A stretch of DNA of 32,000 nt. Origin: Erysipelothrix inopinata (GTDB lineage: Bacteria > Bacillota_I > Bacilli_A > Erysipelotrichales > Erysipelotrichaceae). The stretch lies in contig NZ_CP060715.1 of NCBI RefSeq assembly GCF_014396165.1, positions 1,500,001 to 1,532,000 on the forward strand, given 5' to 3'. The notes under the pieces are model-generated. The model was not told the DNA's origin and searched no databases. It was given only the letters and a program-made list of their open reading frames with translations. Numbering within the stretch: position 1 is the first letter of the stretch; each line of letters starts with the position of its first letter. Below, piece by piece: positions 8,446-18,601 of this stretch. Made by a program: the position numbers and the translations under genes.

Positions 8446-9330
8446 ATGAAATATTTAGGACTTGATATTGGAGGAACATCCATTAAGTATGGTGTCTTTA
8501 ATGAAAATGGACAAGAATTAGAAGGAACAAATGGCCAAGTTAAAACAGTAAGAGATGATTTGGATGCAATGATGAATATTATTGTAGGGATTGTTGAACA
8601 ATTCGAAGGATTGGATGCTATTGGACTGAGTATCCTAGGGGGTGTCAATCCTTATACTGGGCTTGTGATTGAAGGCGGTGCAGTTCCAGTTCTGGGTAAT
8701 CAATATGTAGGAAAACTTATTGAGGAGCGAACAGGAATTCGAACTGTCATTGAAAATGATGCAAACTGTGCAGTTCTAGCTGAACACTGGAGTGGAAATG
8801 GCAAAGGTACGAAAGATCTTGTTTGTGTCACAATCGGAAGTGGTATTGGTGGTGGTATTATTATTAATAATCACCTTCATCATGGTAAAAACTTCTTAGC
8901 AGGTGAATTTGGATTTATGATTACGAAAGAATTTAAGGACTATAGTGACTTTGAAATTATGAGTGCAAACAGTGCTTCTGTACCACTTGTTAAAAAGGTT
9001 GCTGCTGCGCTGGAAGTACCCTATGAGTCAATTGATGGAAAGAAAGTATTTGAGCTTCTCGAAGAAGGCAATGAAGCAGTAGAAGAAATCTATACAGAAT
9101 GGGTACGATGCTTAAGTACAGGGATTTTCAATATTGCATTCTCATTGGATCCTGATAAGATTCTCATTGGTGGCGGAGTGAGTGCAGTACCGCGTATCAT
9201 TGAAGATGTGAGAACCGCTCTAACAACGATGACACCATTTTCTAAAGGATGGGAAGTTGATGTTTGTATGCATATGAATGATGCAGGTAAAATCGGGGCT
9301 GCATATAATTGCACCCAATCATACGAATAA
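8446..9330 (+). CDS. ROK-family sugar kinase (no N-terminal HTH)
   Basis: LGLDIGGTSIKYG (phosphate-1), ENDANCAVLAEHW, GSGIGGGIII..G.....GKNFLAGEFG. 294 aa. Confidence 0.7.
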   Translation: MKYLGLDIGGTSIKYGVFNENGQELEGTNGQVKTVRDDLDAMMNIIVGIVEQFEGLDAIGLSILGGVNPYTGLVIEGGAVPVLGNQYVGKLIEERTGIRTVIENDANCAVLAEHWSGNGKGTKDLVCVTIGSGIGGGIIINNHLHHGKNFLAGEFGFMITKEFKDYSDFEIMSANSASVPLVKKVAAALEVPYESIDGKKVFELLEEGNEAVEEIYTEWVRCLSTGIFNIAFSLDPDKILIGGGVSAVPRIIEDVRTALTTMTPFSKGWEVDVCMHMNDAGKIGAAYNCTQSYE

Positions 9331-9341
9331 ACGTATTAAAC

Positions 9342-9370
9342 GAGTTACTCTTAAGGGTAGCTCTTTTTTA
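9342..9370 (+). terminator. rho-independent terminator after the ROK kinase gene
   Basis: GAGTTAC / GTAGCTC stem with one G-U pair, 8-nt loop, then T6. Confidence 0.55.
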
Positions 9371-9385
9371 ATAACATTTTTTTGA

Positions 9386-9432
9386 AATCTTAATACAATC
9401 TTAATACTCAGATTATTAGGCTGTGCTATACT
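9386..9432 (+). promoter_or_regulatory. kdpDE promoter region: tandem direct repeat TCTTAATAC-AA-TCTTAATAC (putative KdpE box) plus extended -10
   Basis: 9-mers at 9388-9396 and 9399-9407 with 11-bp periodicity. TGcTATACT at 9424-9432. The same repeat recurs at the kdpFABC promoter. Confidence 0.55.
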
Positions 9433-9451
9433 GAAAAAAAGAAGGTGTGTT

Positions 9452-12079
9452 ATGGCTCAAAAAGTAGGGAAATTGAAAATCTTTCTAGGGTATGCTGCAG
9501 GGGTAGGAAAAACCTACGCCATGCTTGAATCTGCACACCAACTAAAGAATAATCATGTCGATGTTGTTATTGGTTATATTGAACCTCATTTACGACCTGA
9601 AACTTCAGCACTATGCAACGGATTAGAGACTATTGACAATATAATAATTGATTACAAAGGACTGAAACTTCAAGAGTTTAACCTGGAGAAAACACTTACT
9701 CGAAACCCAGACATTGTTTTGGTTGATGAGTTGGCACATACAAATTGTCCCGGGAGTCGCCATGTCAAACGATATCAGGACATCGAAGAGTTACTTCATA
9801 ATGGTATTGATGTATATACGACTGTGAATATTCAGCATATTGAAAGTCTCAATGATATTGTAGAAGCCCTAACGGGCGTAGTTGTGAACGAAAGAATTCC
9901 TGATTTTGTCTTTGAGAAAGCGGATACTGTTGAACTTATTGATATTGATCCTTTAGATTTAATTGAGAGGCTTAAGCAAGGGAAAGTATACCAAGAGACA
10001 CAAGCCAATCATGCTTTAAATCATTTCTTTACGGAAGAAACCTTGATATCCTTAAGAGAAATAGCACTTCGCAAAACTGCAGATAAAATTACGGAACGAA
10101 GAACCAGTGAGTTTGGATATTATCGTGATGGTAATGTTGCGATTAAAGAACATATCATGGTTTGTATATCTGCTTCTCCCAGTAATGCGAAAGTAATTCG
10201 TAATGCTTCCAGAATGGTAGACGCGTTCCATGCTGAGTTTACAGCTATTTATGTCATTGATGAAGATACTGACACTCCCAATGATATGAGTCAAGGGTTG
10301 AAAGACAATATCCAACTTGCTGCAGATTTGGGTGCAGTGATAACACCCTTATATGGTAGTGATATTGCGCAACAAATATCTGATTACGCAACACTGAGTC
10401 ATGTTTCTAAAATAGTGTTGGGCAAATCGACATCGCGGAAATTGAAGGCGTTATTTGAAGTGCCACTAATTGAACGAATTATTGAGTCAACATCGGGAGT
10501 CGATGTGTATGTCATTCCCGATACAGTACCCACTAAGAAAAGAAATTTAAACTTTAGACACGAACATTACAAACCCAATTTACGAGATCTTGGAATTTTA
10601 ATTGCGTTTATTGCAATTGCAACAGGTTTGGGACTCTTGTTTGAATTTTGGGGCTTTAGTGAAGCGAATATTATTACACTCTATATTCTAGCTGTGTTAT
10701 TTATTTCGGTGTTAACACCAAATCGACTTACAGCAATCTTAGCGTCGATCTCAAGTGTACTCGTATTTAACTATTTCTTCACCGACCCTAAGTTTACATT
10801 AAATGCGTATGATAGTGGTTATCCGGTTACGTTTTTAATCATGTTTATCGCATCATTTATCACAGGATCTTTAGTATTAAAACTAAGAGTAAATGATATC
10901 ACTCATGTTGAAAAAGCTTACCGTACTGAAGTTCTATTGGAAACCAGTCTTAAACTTCAAAAAGCTCAAACCCAAGAAATGATTGTTTATGAAATGGGTC
11001 ATCAAATTAAGAATATGCTTAAGCGAAGTGTTGTCATCTATGTTCCGATTGAAGACGTCTTAGTTCCAACTGTATTCTCAGATGATACCCCGGATACAAT
11101 CTACGAAACCTTGTTATCGCAACAAGAAGTTGCAATTGCGAGTTGGGTTTATCAAAACAATCGAAAAGCAGGTTTTGGAACACGGACACTATCCAATGCA
11201 TCGTGTATTTATTATGCAATTCGAAGTCATGGAAACCCCGTTGCTGTCATCGGGATCAATGTTGATGCGGAATGGAACTTAGAAGATCGCACATTGATTC
11301 TTTTAATTTTAAATGAGTTTGGTTTAGCGCTTGAGACTCAAGCATTGAATGAACAACAAGTGGATTCAAACCTTCAAATTCAAAGAGAACAGTTACGATC
11401 AAATATCTTAAGAACTATTTCTCATGATTTAAGAACACCACTAACCAGTATTTCAGGAAATGCGTGGAATCTTTTGAATCAAACTCTTGATGAAGCACAA
11501 AGAAATGAAATGACTCAAGATATTCTTGATGATTCATTGTGGCTAACCAATCTTGTAGAAAATATTTTATCAATGACACGAATTGATCATGAAGGGTCGA
11601 TTCTTAACTGTGAGGCGCAAATATTTGATGATATTGTAGAAGAAGCCATTCGTAGAATTCAAGAACGAAATAAGAATCGTACCATCACATTTGATAAGCC
11701 CGACTCAATTGCATTGGTCTTTGTGGATGCGAAATTAATGCTCCAGCTTATGGTAAATCTTCTCGACAATGCTATAAAATATTCGCCTGAAGACTGTGAA
11801 ATCGAAGTGGTCATTAAAGAATCCGAAGACTCACTTACGGTTAAAGTGATTGACTCGGGATTAGGAATTCCTGATGAGGATAAAGATAAGATTTTTGATA
11901 TGTTTTATACTCGTGAAAAAGTTGGTGGTGATTACTATCGTGGTATCGGTCTGGGGCTTTACTTGTGTCAAGAAATACTAAAAGCTCATGGTTCGTATCT
12001 CCAAGTTTTCGATCATCATCCAGTGGGAAGCGTTTTTGAATTTTCATTACAAAAAATGGAAGGGGTAGATTATGTCTAA
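9452..12079 (+). CDS. kdpD: sensor histidine kinase KdpD
   Basis: N-terminal KdpD domain with P-loop GYAAGVGKT, USP-like region, 4 TM helices, H-box SHDLRTPL, N/G boxes (LLDNAIKYSP, DSGLGIP, GIGLGL). 875 aa. Confidence 0.9.
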   Translation: MAQKVGKLKIFLGYAAGVGKTYAMLESAHQLKNNHVDVVIGYIEPHLRPETSALCNGLETIDNIIIDYKGLKLQEFNLEKTLTRNPDIVLVDELAHTNCPGSRHVKRYQDIEELLHNGIDVYTTVNIQHIESLNDIVEALTGVVVNERIPDFVFEKADTVELIDIDPLDLIERLKQGKVYQETQANHALNHFFTEETLISLREIALRKTADKITERRTSEFGYYRDGNVAIKEHIMVCISASPSNAKVIRNASRMVDAFHAEFTAIYVIDEDTDTPNDMSQGLKDNIQLAADLGAVITPLYGSDIAQQISDYATLSHVSKIVLGKSTSRKLKALFEVPLIERIIESTSGVDVYVIPDTVPTKKRNLNFRHEHYKPNLRDLGILIAFIAIATGLGLLFEFWGFSEANIITLYILAVLFISVLTPNRLTAILASISSVLVFNYFFTDPKFTLNAYDSGYPVTFLIMFIASFITGSLVLKLRVNDITHVEKAYRTEVLLETSLKLQKAQTQEMIVYEMGHQIKNMLKRSVVIYVPIEDVLVPTVFSDDTPDTIYETLLSQQEVAIASWVYQNNRKAGFGTRTLSNASCIYYAIRSHGNPVAVIGINVDAEWNLEDRTLILLILNEFGLALETQALNEQQVDSNLQIQREQLRSNILRTISHDLRTPLTSISGNAWNLLNQTLDEAQRNEMTQDILDDSLWLTNLVENILSMTRIDHEGSILNCEAQIFDDIVEEAIRRIQERNKNRTITFDKPDSIALVFVDAKLMLQLMVNLLDNAIKYSPEDCEIEVVIKESEDSLTVKVIDSGLGIPDEDKDKIFDMFYTREKVGGDYYRGIGLGLYLCQEILKAHGSYLQVFDHHPVGSVFEFSLQKMEGVDYV

Positions 12080-12758
12080 GCATACAATTTTAGTGATTGA
12101 AGATGATGTGAAAGTAAGAAAGTTTATTGTTTCAACGTTAGAATATAATGACTATCATGTGATTGAATCGGGAACGGGTCAGCATGGTATCACACTCATG
12201 AATGCAAATAATCCTGACCTAATCCTTCTTGATTTAGGCTTGCCAGATTTGGATGGTATTGAAGTCATTAAGGTGATCAGAAGTTATCTAAACATACCTA
12301 TCATTATTTTAAGTGCTCGAACCGAAGACAATGATAAAGTTGTGGCGCTTGATTTAGGTGCTGATGATTATCTTACTAAACCATTTAGTGTGGATGAGCT
12401 TTTAGCACGTCTTAGAGCCAATTTAAGACGCAGCCAAAATCAAAGTAGTGAACAAGTTCTTAGCAACGGGAAGCTCGTTATGGATCCTTCGTTAGGGGTA
12501 GCATGGTTAAATCAACAAGAGTTGCATTTGACTCCAATTGAATTCAAATTACTTGAACTCTTTATGATGAATCAAGATAAAGTTCTTTCATATAATACGA
12601 TACTCAAAGCGGTTTGGGGCTATTATTCTGATAACATTCCAGCACTTCGAGTCTTTGTGACGACGCTTCGAAGAAAACTTGAAAAATATGACGAAGACCA
12701 TAATTATATTCAAACCCATGTGGGTGTTGGATATCGAATGATAAAAATTGAAGGCTAA
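12072..12758 (+). CDS. kdpE: OmpR-family response regulator KdpE
   Basis: Receiver domain (ILVIEDD...DLILLDLGLPDLDG...KPF) plus a winged-helix C-terminus (LTPIEFKLLELF...VGVGYR). ATG overlaps the kdpD stop by 8 nt. Confidence 0.85.
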   Translation: MSKHTILVIEDDVKVRKFIVSTLEYNDYHVIESGTGQHGITLMNANNPDLILLDLGLPDLDGIEVIKVIRSYLNIPIIILSARTEDNDKVVALDLGADDYLTKPFSVDELLARLRANLRRSQNQSSEQVLSNGKLVMDPSLGVAWLNQQELHLTPIEFKLLELFMMNQDKVLSYNTILKAVWGYYSDNIPALRVFVTTLRRKLEKYDEDHNYIQTHVGVGYRMIKIEG

Positions 12759-12772
12759 AGGCCTTCTTTTTT
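12750..12772 (+). terminator. rho-independent terminator after kdpE
   Basis: GAAGGC-TAAAG-GCCTTC followed by T6. It overlaps the kdpE stop codon. Confidence 0.6.
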
Positions 12773-12809
12773 AATCTTAATACCCTCTTAATACTCTGGG
12801 TGCTAAAAT
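12773..12809 (+). promoter_or_regulatory. kdpFABC promoter: TCTTAATAC-CC-TCTTAATAC direct repeat (putative KdpE box) plus extended -10
   Basis: 9-mers at 12775-12783 and 12786-12794. TGcTAAAAT at 12801-12809. Confidence 0.55.
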
Positions 12810-12834
12810 GAGCCCATTGAAAGAAGGAATTACA

Positions 12835-12912
12835 ATGATTATATTGGGAATTATTGTCGCAGGTATCTTGGGCTATTTGTTTTATGCCCTAGTAAATCCT
12901 GATAAATTATAG
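12835..12912 (+). CDS. kdpF: K+-transporting ATPase small subunit KdpF (25 aa; absent from the ORF track)
   Basis: MIILGIIVAGILGYLFYALVNPDKL*. A single TM helix with the typical ...YL.YAL..P... KdpF C-terminus. SD AAGAAGGA lies 6 nt upstream. The stop overlaps the SD of kdpA. Confidence 0.7.
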   Translation: MIILGIIVAGILGYLFYALVNPDKL

Positions 12913-12924
12913 GAGTCGTTAAAT

Positions 12925-14595
12925 ATGGTTTATTTATTTTTATTTGTTATTTTAGGGTCCCTCGCGATCGTTGGAATGGGCCATTATCTTGCGCGAATGA
13001 TTCAATACAAACCACTTTGGGGTGATCGAATTATTAAACCTGTTGAGAACAGACTGTTTTCATTCTTTGGGTTTTCACGCTCTGAAATGGGATGGAAGCA
13101 ATACTTTAGTTCAATCTTGGTATTTAATCTCATCATTGGTTTGTTTGGGATTTTAATTCTTATGACGCAAGGTTTATATACATCCAGTCCTAACATGCCC
13201 TGGCATCTTGCTTTAAATACGGTCATCAGTTTTATGACGAATACTAACCTACAACATTATGCAGGGGAAATTCAAATGTCGGAGTTTGCTCAGATGTTTG
13301 TGATTATTTCCCATATGTTTAGTTCGGCAGCAACGGGAATTGCGGTTGGTATGGCATTTACGAGAGGGTTCACAGGATCGAGTCACAAACTGGGAAACTT
13401 TTACAAAGACCTCATTCAAATTATTATAAGAGTCTTACTCCCAGTTTCATTTATTATTTCAATTGTTTTAATGTGGCAAGGCGTACCTCAAGTCATGAAT
13501 AACACTTTAGTATTCACTTCAAGTAGTGGCGTTGAAACAAGCATACCTTTAGGTCCAATAGCTTCTTTTGAAGCCATCAAACATCTTGGAACTAATGGTG
13601 GTGGTTATTATGCAGCAAACTCTTCCATGCCATTTGAAAATCCAACATTAATTTCAAATCTCGTTCAAATGTTGTCGATGATTACGATCCCAGGTGGCTT
13701 TGTGGTTGCCTTTGGTCTCTGTGCTAAAAAGGATCGAAAACAAGGATTTAGAAAAAATGAAGCATTACCGTTACTCGTCATTTCGTCTATCTTATTCTTT
13801 ATCGGTATTCTTGTCATGATAAAGATGGAAAGCAGAAGTCCTATTTTAGAATCATTAGGAATCTTAAATCCCTTAAACTTAGAGGGTAAAGAATTACGTT
13901 TTGGTATTTTAAATTCAACATTATTCACCGGAGTATCGACGTCTTTTACAACAGGTTCTGTAAACTCGATGATAGATAGTTATACGCCACTTGGGGGCAT
14001 GGTTCCACTTGCGTTTATGATGTTGAATATGGTGTTTGGAGGCGATGGAGTGGGTCTTCTTAATATGATGATGTATGTAATTCTTACTGTATTTATATGC
14101 GGACTCATGGTTGGAAGAACACCAGAATATCTCAGTAAAAAGATTGAGAGTTATGAAATGAAACGTGTAGCTCTCGTAATTTTAATTCATCCGATACTCA
14201 TTCTTGGTTTCACTGCTTTATCAGTAATACTTTTAAAGGGTCACGGGTCCATGAACTCTCATGGACTTACACAAATGCTTTATGAATACACTTCGGCTGC
14301 AGCAAACAATGGATCAGGATTTGAGGGTTTGATGGATGGGACATTATTTTGGAATCTTTCAACTGCCATCGTTATGTTTGTGGGACGTTTCTTACCCATA
14401 CTGCTTCAACTTCAAATTGCACAATCACTTTGGAAAAAACAAGCAGTTGTTGAATCATCAGGAACGCTTAAAACAAACACACCTTTATTCACGGTTGCTT
14501 TAGGTGTCATCATTATTGTAATATCCGCTTTAACATTTTTCCCAGCTTTAATGCTAGGACCCATTACAGAATCATTAATAGGACTTGGTATATAA
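12925..14595 (+). CDS. kdpA: K+-transporting ATPase subunit A
   Basis: 556-aa polytopic protein with KdpA selectivity-filter-like motifs (NTNLQHY, GTNGGGY, TGSVNS, NNGSGF). Confidence 0.9.
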   Translation: MVYLFLFVILGSLAIVGMGHYLARMIQYKPLWGDRIIKPVENRLFSFFGFSRSEMGWKQYFSSILVFNLIIGLFGILILMTQGLYTSSPNMPWHLALNTVISFMTNTNLQHYAGEIQMSEFAQMFVIISHMFSSAATGIAVGMAFTRGFTGSSHKLGNFYKDLIQIIIRVLLPVSFIISIVLMWQGVPQVMNNTLVFTSSSGVETSIPLGPIASFEAIKHLGTNGGGYYAANSSMPFENPTLISNLVQMLSMITIPGGFVVAFGLCAKKDRKQGFRKNEALPLLVISSILFFIGILVMIKMESRSPILESLGILNPLNLEGKELRFGILNSTLFTGVSTSFTTGSVNSMIDSYTPLGGMVPLAFMMLNMVFGGDGVGLLNMMMYVILTVFICGLMVGRTPEYLSKKIESYEMKRVALVILIHPILILGFTALSVILLKGHGSMNSHGLTQMLYEYTSAAANNGSGFEGLMDGTLFWNLSTAIVMFVGRFLPILLQLQIAQSLWKKQAVVESSGTLKTNTPLFTVALGVIIIVISALTFFPALMLGPITESLIGLGI

Positions 14596-14596
14596 T

Positions 14597-16633
14597 ATGA
14601 AAAAAAATAAAGAATCAATTAAAATTGTTGCGATAAAACAAAGTTTTCTTAAATTTGATGTCCGTAGCATGATTAAAAATCCTGTCATGTTCGTCGTCGA
14701 AATTGGTTTGTTTTTAAGCTTTTTACTGACTGTAAATCCGAATCTATTTGGCGCGGAATTAGCTTCGGGAAGGGGCCTCAATGCACTGGTGTCGTTGATA
14801 CTTTTTATAACGATTCTATTTGCAAACTACGCTGAAGCACTTGCAGAAGGTCGTGGTAAAGCACAAGCAAGTTCTTTAAGACAAACAAAAAAGGACATGA
14901 TTGCCAGACGTGTCTTAGCAGATGGAAACATCGAAGAAGTATCTGCACAAGACTTAAAGCGCGGTGATATTGTTTCTGTGCAGGCGGGTGAAGTCATTCC
15001 TAATGATGGTGAAGTACTTGAAGGCGTTGCGACTGTTGATGAATCGGCTATTACGGGAGAATCTGCGCCAGTTGTGAAAGAAGCTGGTGGGGACTTCAGT
15101 TCGGTGACAGGTGGTACATTTGTTACCAGTGATAAGTTAATAATTCGAATTGAAGCTGATCCTGGATCATCGTTTCTAGATAAAATGATTTCTATGGTTG
15201 AAGGTGCGTCACGTAAGAAAACACCAAATGAAATAGCACTAAGCACGCTATTAGTAAGTTTAACTATTATTTTTGTAGTCGTAGTGGTGAGTCTTCATCC
15301 CATCTCAGGAAGTTTGGGAATTAAGATACCAATATCCATTCTTATTGCACTTACAGTATGTTTAATTCCTACCACAATCGGCGGGCTGTTGTCGGCCATT
15401 GGAATCGCAGGAATGGATCGTGTGACACGTTTCAACGTTATCGCAATGTCGGGTAAAGCAGTTGAAGCATGTGGTGATGTCGATGTGATGATGCTTGATA
15501 AAACAGGAACAATTACTTATGGAAACCGTTTAGCCAATGAATTTTTTCCCGTCAAAGGTGTCGCTTATGAACACCTGGTAACAAGTGCTGTCAAAGCATC
15601 ACTCTTAGATTTAACACCGGAAGGGAAATCCATTGTGAATCTCGCTAAAGATAAAGGAATTGAGGTATTACAAGACGGAGTTGATGCTTCGAAATTTATA
15701 GAATTTACGGCTCAAACTCGAATGAGTGGCATGGAAATGGACGGAACACTAATTCAAAAAGGTGCTTCAGATGCTGTGAAAAAATATGTCGGTCATTTAG
15801 GTGGTGTAATTCCAGTTGATACTGATGCAATTGTGGAATCCATTTCTAAACTCGGTGGTACGCCTCTTGTAGTTTGTGAAGGTAATGTAATTCTGGGAGT
15901 TATTTACCTTAAAGATACAATTAAAGAAGGTCTCATTGAAAGGTTTGAACGCCTTCGTGCTATGGGAATTAAAACCATTATGTGTACTGGAGATAATCCT
16001 TTAACCGCTGCAACGATTGCGCAAGAAGCTGGTGTTGATGGTTTCATTGCGGAATGTAAACCCGAAGATAAGATTAATGAAATTAAAAAAGAACAAGCAC
16101 TGGGTAAAGTTGTAGCAATGACCGGAGATGGAACCAATGATGCGCCTGCACTTGCACAAGCTGATGTTGGTATCGCGATGAACTCGGGTACGATAGCTGC
16201 AAAAGAAGCAGCCAATATGGTCGATTTGGATTCTGATCCAACTAAGATTTTAGATGTTGTGGAAATTGGAAAACAATTACTAATGACTCGAGGTGCCTTG
16301 ACGACATTCAGTATTGCGAATGATGTTGCAAAATACTTTGCAGTCCTACCAGCACTTTTTATTATTGCGATTCCCCAAATGAATCAATTGAATATTATGA
16401 ATCTACAAACACCAAGTTCCGCAATTATATCTGCCTTGATCTTTAATGCAATTATTATCCCCTTATTGATTCCTGTTGCTATGAAGGGGGTAAAGTATCG
16501 ACCTGATAGTTCGAATTCGATCTTAAAAAGAAATTTATTGGTATATGGATTGGGTGGTGTAATTACCCCATTTATCTTAATTAAGCTTATCGATATGGTT
16601 GTAGCACCACTGCTCTCGATATTAGGAATTTAG
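14597..16633 (+). CDS. kdpB: K+-transporting P-type ATPase subunit B
   Basis: [31 protein letters not shown] motifs. ATG 14597, 1 nt after the kdpA stop, is preferred to the TTG at 14585. Confidence 0.9.
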   Translation: MKKNKESIKIVAIKQSFLKFDVRSMIKNPVMFVVEIGLFLSFLLTVNPNLFGAELASGRGLNALVSLILFITILFANYAEALAEGRGKAQASSLRQTKKDMIARRVLADGNIEEVSAQDLKRGDIVSVQAGEVIPNDGEVLEGVATVDESAITGESAPVVKEAGGDFSSVTGGTFVTSDKLIIRIEADPGSSFLDKMISMVEGASRKKTPNEIALSTLLVSLTIIFVVVVVSLHPISGSLGIKIPISILIALTVCLIPTTIGGLLSAIGIAGMDRVTRFNVIAMSGKAVEACGDVDVMMLDKTGTITYGNRLANEFFPVKGVAYEHLVTSAVKASLLDLTPEGKSIVNLAKDKGIEVLQDGVDASKFIEFTAQTRMSGMEMDGTLIQKGASDAVKKYVGHLGGVIPVDTDAIVESISKLGGTPLVVCEGNVILGVIYLKDTIKEGLIERFERLRAMGIKTIMCTGDNPLTAATIAQEAGVDGFIAECKPEDKINEIKKEQALGKVVAMTGDGTNDAPALAQADVGIAMNSGTIAAKEAANMVDLDSDPTKILDVVEIGKQLLMTRGALTTFSIANDVAKYFAVLPALFIIAIPQMNQLNIMNLQTPSSAIISALIFNAIIIPLLIPVAMKGVKYRPDSSNSILKRNLLVYGLGGVITPFILIKLIDMVVAPLLSILGI

Positions 16634-16642
16634 GAGTCTAAG

Positions 16643-17176
16643 ATGAAAAAAATATTGAAAATTGTGATTGCAGGATTGTGTTTTATAGTCGTTACGGGTG
16701 GTATTTATCCTTTACTTTCTACTGGTGTTGGTGCGCTTATATTTCCGCAGCAAGCAAAGGGCAGTCCTATTGTTCATCAGGACACTATTAAGGGCTCGAA
16801 ATTATTAGGTCAACACTTTACAAAAATGGATGAATTCTGGGGAAGACCATCAGCATCAGATTATATTGGGAAACCTAGTGGATCTTCCAATGATGCAATT
16901 ATGTCCAAGGAATATAAACAAAAAGTTGAAGCAAGAATTGAAAAACTGCTCCGTGCACATCCCAATCGAAAAGTAGAAGAAATACCAACAGATTTGGTAA
17001 CTGAGAGCGGATCCGGATTTGATCCTCACATTAGCTATGAAGCGATACGCTTTCAAAAAGAACGTGTTATGCAAAACTTAGATATTTCTGAGTCTGAATT
17101 AGATCAGGCAATAGAGGCATCCTATGAAGGAACCCTTATTAACGTAACTACTTTAAATTCATTAATTAAGAAATAA
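16643..17176 (+). CDS. kdpC: K+-transporting ATPase subunit C
   Basis: N-terminal TM, ...GSSNDA..., ...ESGSGFDPHIS... KdpC signature. 177 aa. Confidence 0.85.
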   Translation: MKKILKIVIAGLCFIVVTGGIYPLLSTGVGALIFPQQAKGSPIVHQDTIKGSKLLGQHFTKMDEFWGRPSASDYIGKPSGSSNDAIMSKEYKQKVEARIEKLLRAHPNRKVEEIPTDLVTESGSGFDPHISYEAIRFQKERVMQNLDISESELDQAIEASYEGTLINVTTLNSLIKK

Positions 17177-17180
17177 TAAA

Positions 17181-17213
17181 AAGGGCCTCCCAAGAATAGC
17201 TTGGGAGGCCCTT
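17181..17213. terminator. GC-rich hairpin between convergent kdpC and membrane-protein genes
   Basis: AAGGGCCTCCCAAG / CTTGGGAGGCCCTT is a perfect 14-bp stem with loop AATAG. The U-run is present only for the minus-strand transcript. Confidence 0.65.
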
Positions 17214-17228
17214 AAATGTGTAAGTGGT

Positions 17229-18440
17229 TTAGGCTTGTTTCGGGTGTTTCCATTTATCTTTAACTGTCTGAATAAAACCTAATAGTTTTTTATTTGTTTT
17301 CCAATAGGCAATCAAGTGAATACTTGTTCCTAAGAACACAAGTCCTGATAAGATATTGATTACGGTACCAAAGTTCTTGGAGACACTAAAGTAGATGATG
17401 GCTGAGAGAACCCATTGAATGTGATATAAAATGGTAGCATGATCCTTAACTTTCTGAGTCACAGCTTCGAGAATGAAGATGAGAACTAAGAAGAATATCG
17501 AGAGTGATGCATTCGCAAGGGGAACTTGGAGGAATCGATATGTGAGTAGATTTACTTTAGTGTGAACAAAGTTATTAATCATTGAACCTGCATCGATTTC
17601 TGTGATTCCAAATTGATCAGTAAGCATGCTACCATTGATTTCTTTAGGGAAAGATACCCCAATCATATTAAGTGGTTTTGTAATTTTCTCTGGAACATTA
17701 AGATGAACAAGACCGTCTGCAGTAGGTTTCAAGTTAATAACATAATCAACTTTTAAATTTTGCTCAACTGTTTTAACATAATTGTTGGCAAAGATGAGGG
17801 ATGTTGCGAGTAGGCTAAAGATAATAACAACGACAATAGACCCACTATGAATCAGGCGTTTCGCTGCTTTATGAGAAAACAACTGACTTAGGTTAAAGCG
17901 ATTCAAATTTCTAAGACGATAAAGCAAGACAAACGACAATATTAACTGAATCACAAACATGCAGCGTACTAAAGTATTCTTAAGTTCAAACAAACTTGAA
18001 TCAATGTGGTGCGTCAAGATGAGATTGTTGTTGACAGTTAATAGTATAGAACCTTGAATAATAATTAAAAGTAGTGCAGTTAGAAATGCATGATCATGTT
18101 TCATGATATAACGTTTCATGATAATAATTATTATTTCAAAGAAGAGAAGAGGGATGAAGAAGTAAAGAATATCAACCATCATAAGAGGTTTGAATGCTTG
18201 TTCAAAGAGGACATTGAAATTCACAATATTCATCGATTTCACATAATAGTAGGCCATATTCCCAACATAAGGAATCCTACCGAATAGTAATTCAATGAGT
18301 CGATAAAAAAGTGTCGAATTCGAAAATAATAAAAATCCTGTTAGGGCACTACTTACAATAATAATAATCACGGATGTCAGTGAGAATAACTGAGAGGTGA
18401 TCTTGAGATGTTTTTCGTTAAGAGGGATATCTTTCTTCAT
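17229..18440 (-). CDS. polytopic membrane protein, function unknown
   Basis: 403 aa. I count about 6 N-terminal TM helices, a hydrophilic segment of about 90 aa (aa ~215-305), and 3 C-terminal TM helices. No motif I recognise. Confidence 0.5.
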   Translation of the reverse strand: MKKDIPLNEKHLKITSQLFSLTSVIIIIVSSALTGFLLFSNSTLFYRLIELLFGRIPYVGNMAYYYVKSMNIVNFNVLFEQAFKPLMMVDILYFFIPLLFFEIIIIIMKRYIMKHDHAFLTALLLIIIQGSILLTVNNNLILTHHIDSSLFELKNTLVRCMFVIQLILSFVLLYRLRNLNRFNLSQLFSHKAAKRLIHSGSIVVVIIFSLLATSLIFANNYVKTVEQNLKVDYVINLKPTADGLVHLNVPEKITKPLNMIGVSFPKEINGSMLTDQFGITEIDAGSMINNFVHTKVNLLTYRFLQVPLANASLSIFFLVLIFILEAVTQKVKDHATILYHIQWVLSAIIYFSVSKNFGTVINILSGLVFLGTSIHLIAYWKTNKKLLGFIQTVKDKWKHPKQA

Positions 18441-18601
18441 AATTTATCTCGCTTTCTATGCATTCTAGCTTATAGTTTAATTATAAGTTATTTCAAAAGT
18501 AAAAGAAATGAAATCCTTTTCAATTTACAATCGACACTGGGAGTTTAGTAGGAATGAATTTGTAATAATGATATAATTGCTAAAGAGAATGGAGACTAAA
18601 T

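Noticed and set aside
8355-8648. 97-aa minus-strand ORF overlapping the ROK kinase start.
   Set aside because: It overlaps a well-supported plus-strand CDS and its promoter, and it has a Pro/Ser/Ile-rich low-complexity composition.
9371-9451. A possible c-di-AMP (ydaO-type) riboswitch upstream of the kdp genes, as occurs in some Firmicutes.
   Set aside because: The untranslated region is far too short (about 15-20 nt from the predicted -10 to the SD), and no conserved riboswitch motifs are visible.
12808-12834. A longer kdpF starting at ATG 12808 (34 aa).
   Set aside because: That ATG overlaps the predicted extended -10 (TGcTAAAAT), and no SD precedes it. ATG 12835 has a well-spaced SD.
14827-16215. 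Antisense ORFs inside kdpB (139 aa and 103 aa), with a similar 131-aa one inside the copB-type gene (27377-27772). All are Ala/Ser/Pro-rich.
   Set aside because: They are typical shadow ORFs opposite GC-richer conserved P-type ATPase segments. They have no start context and no recognisable motifs.
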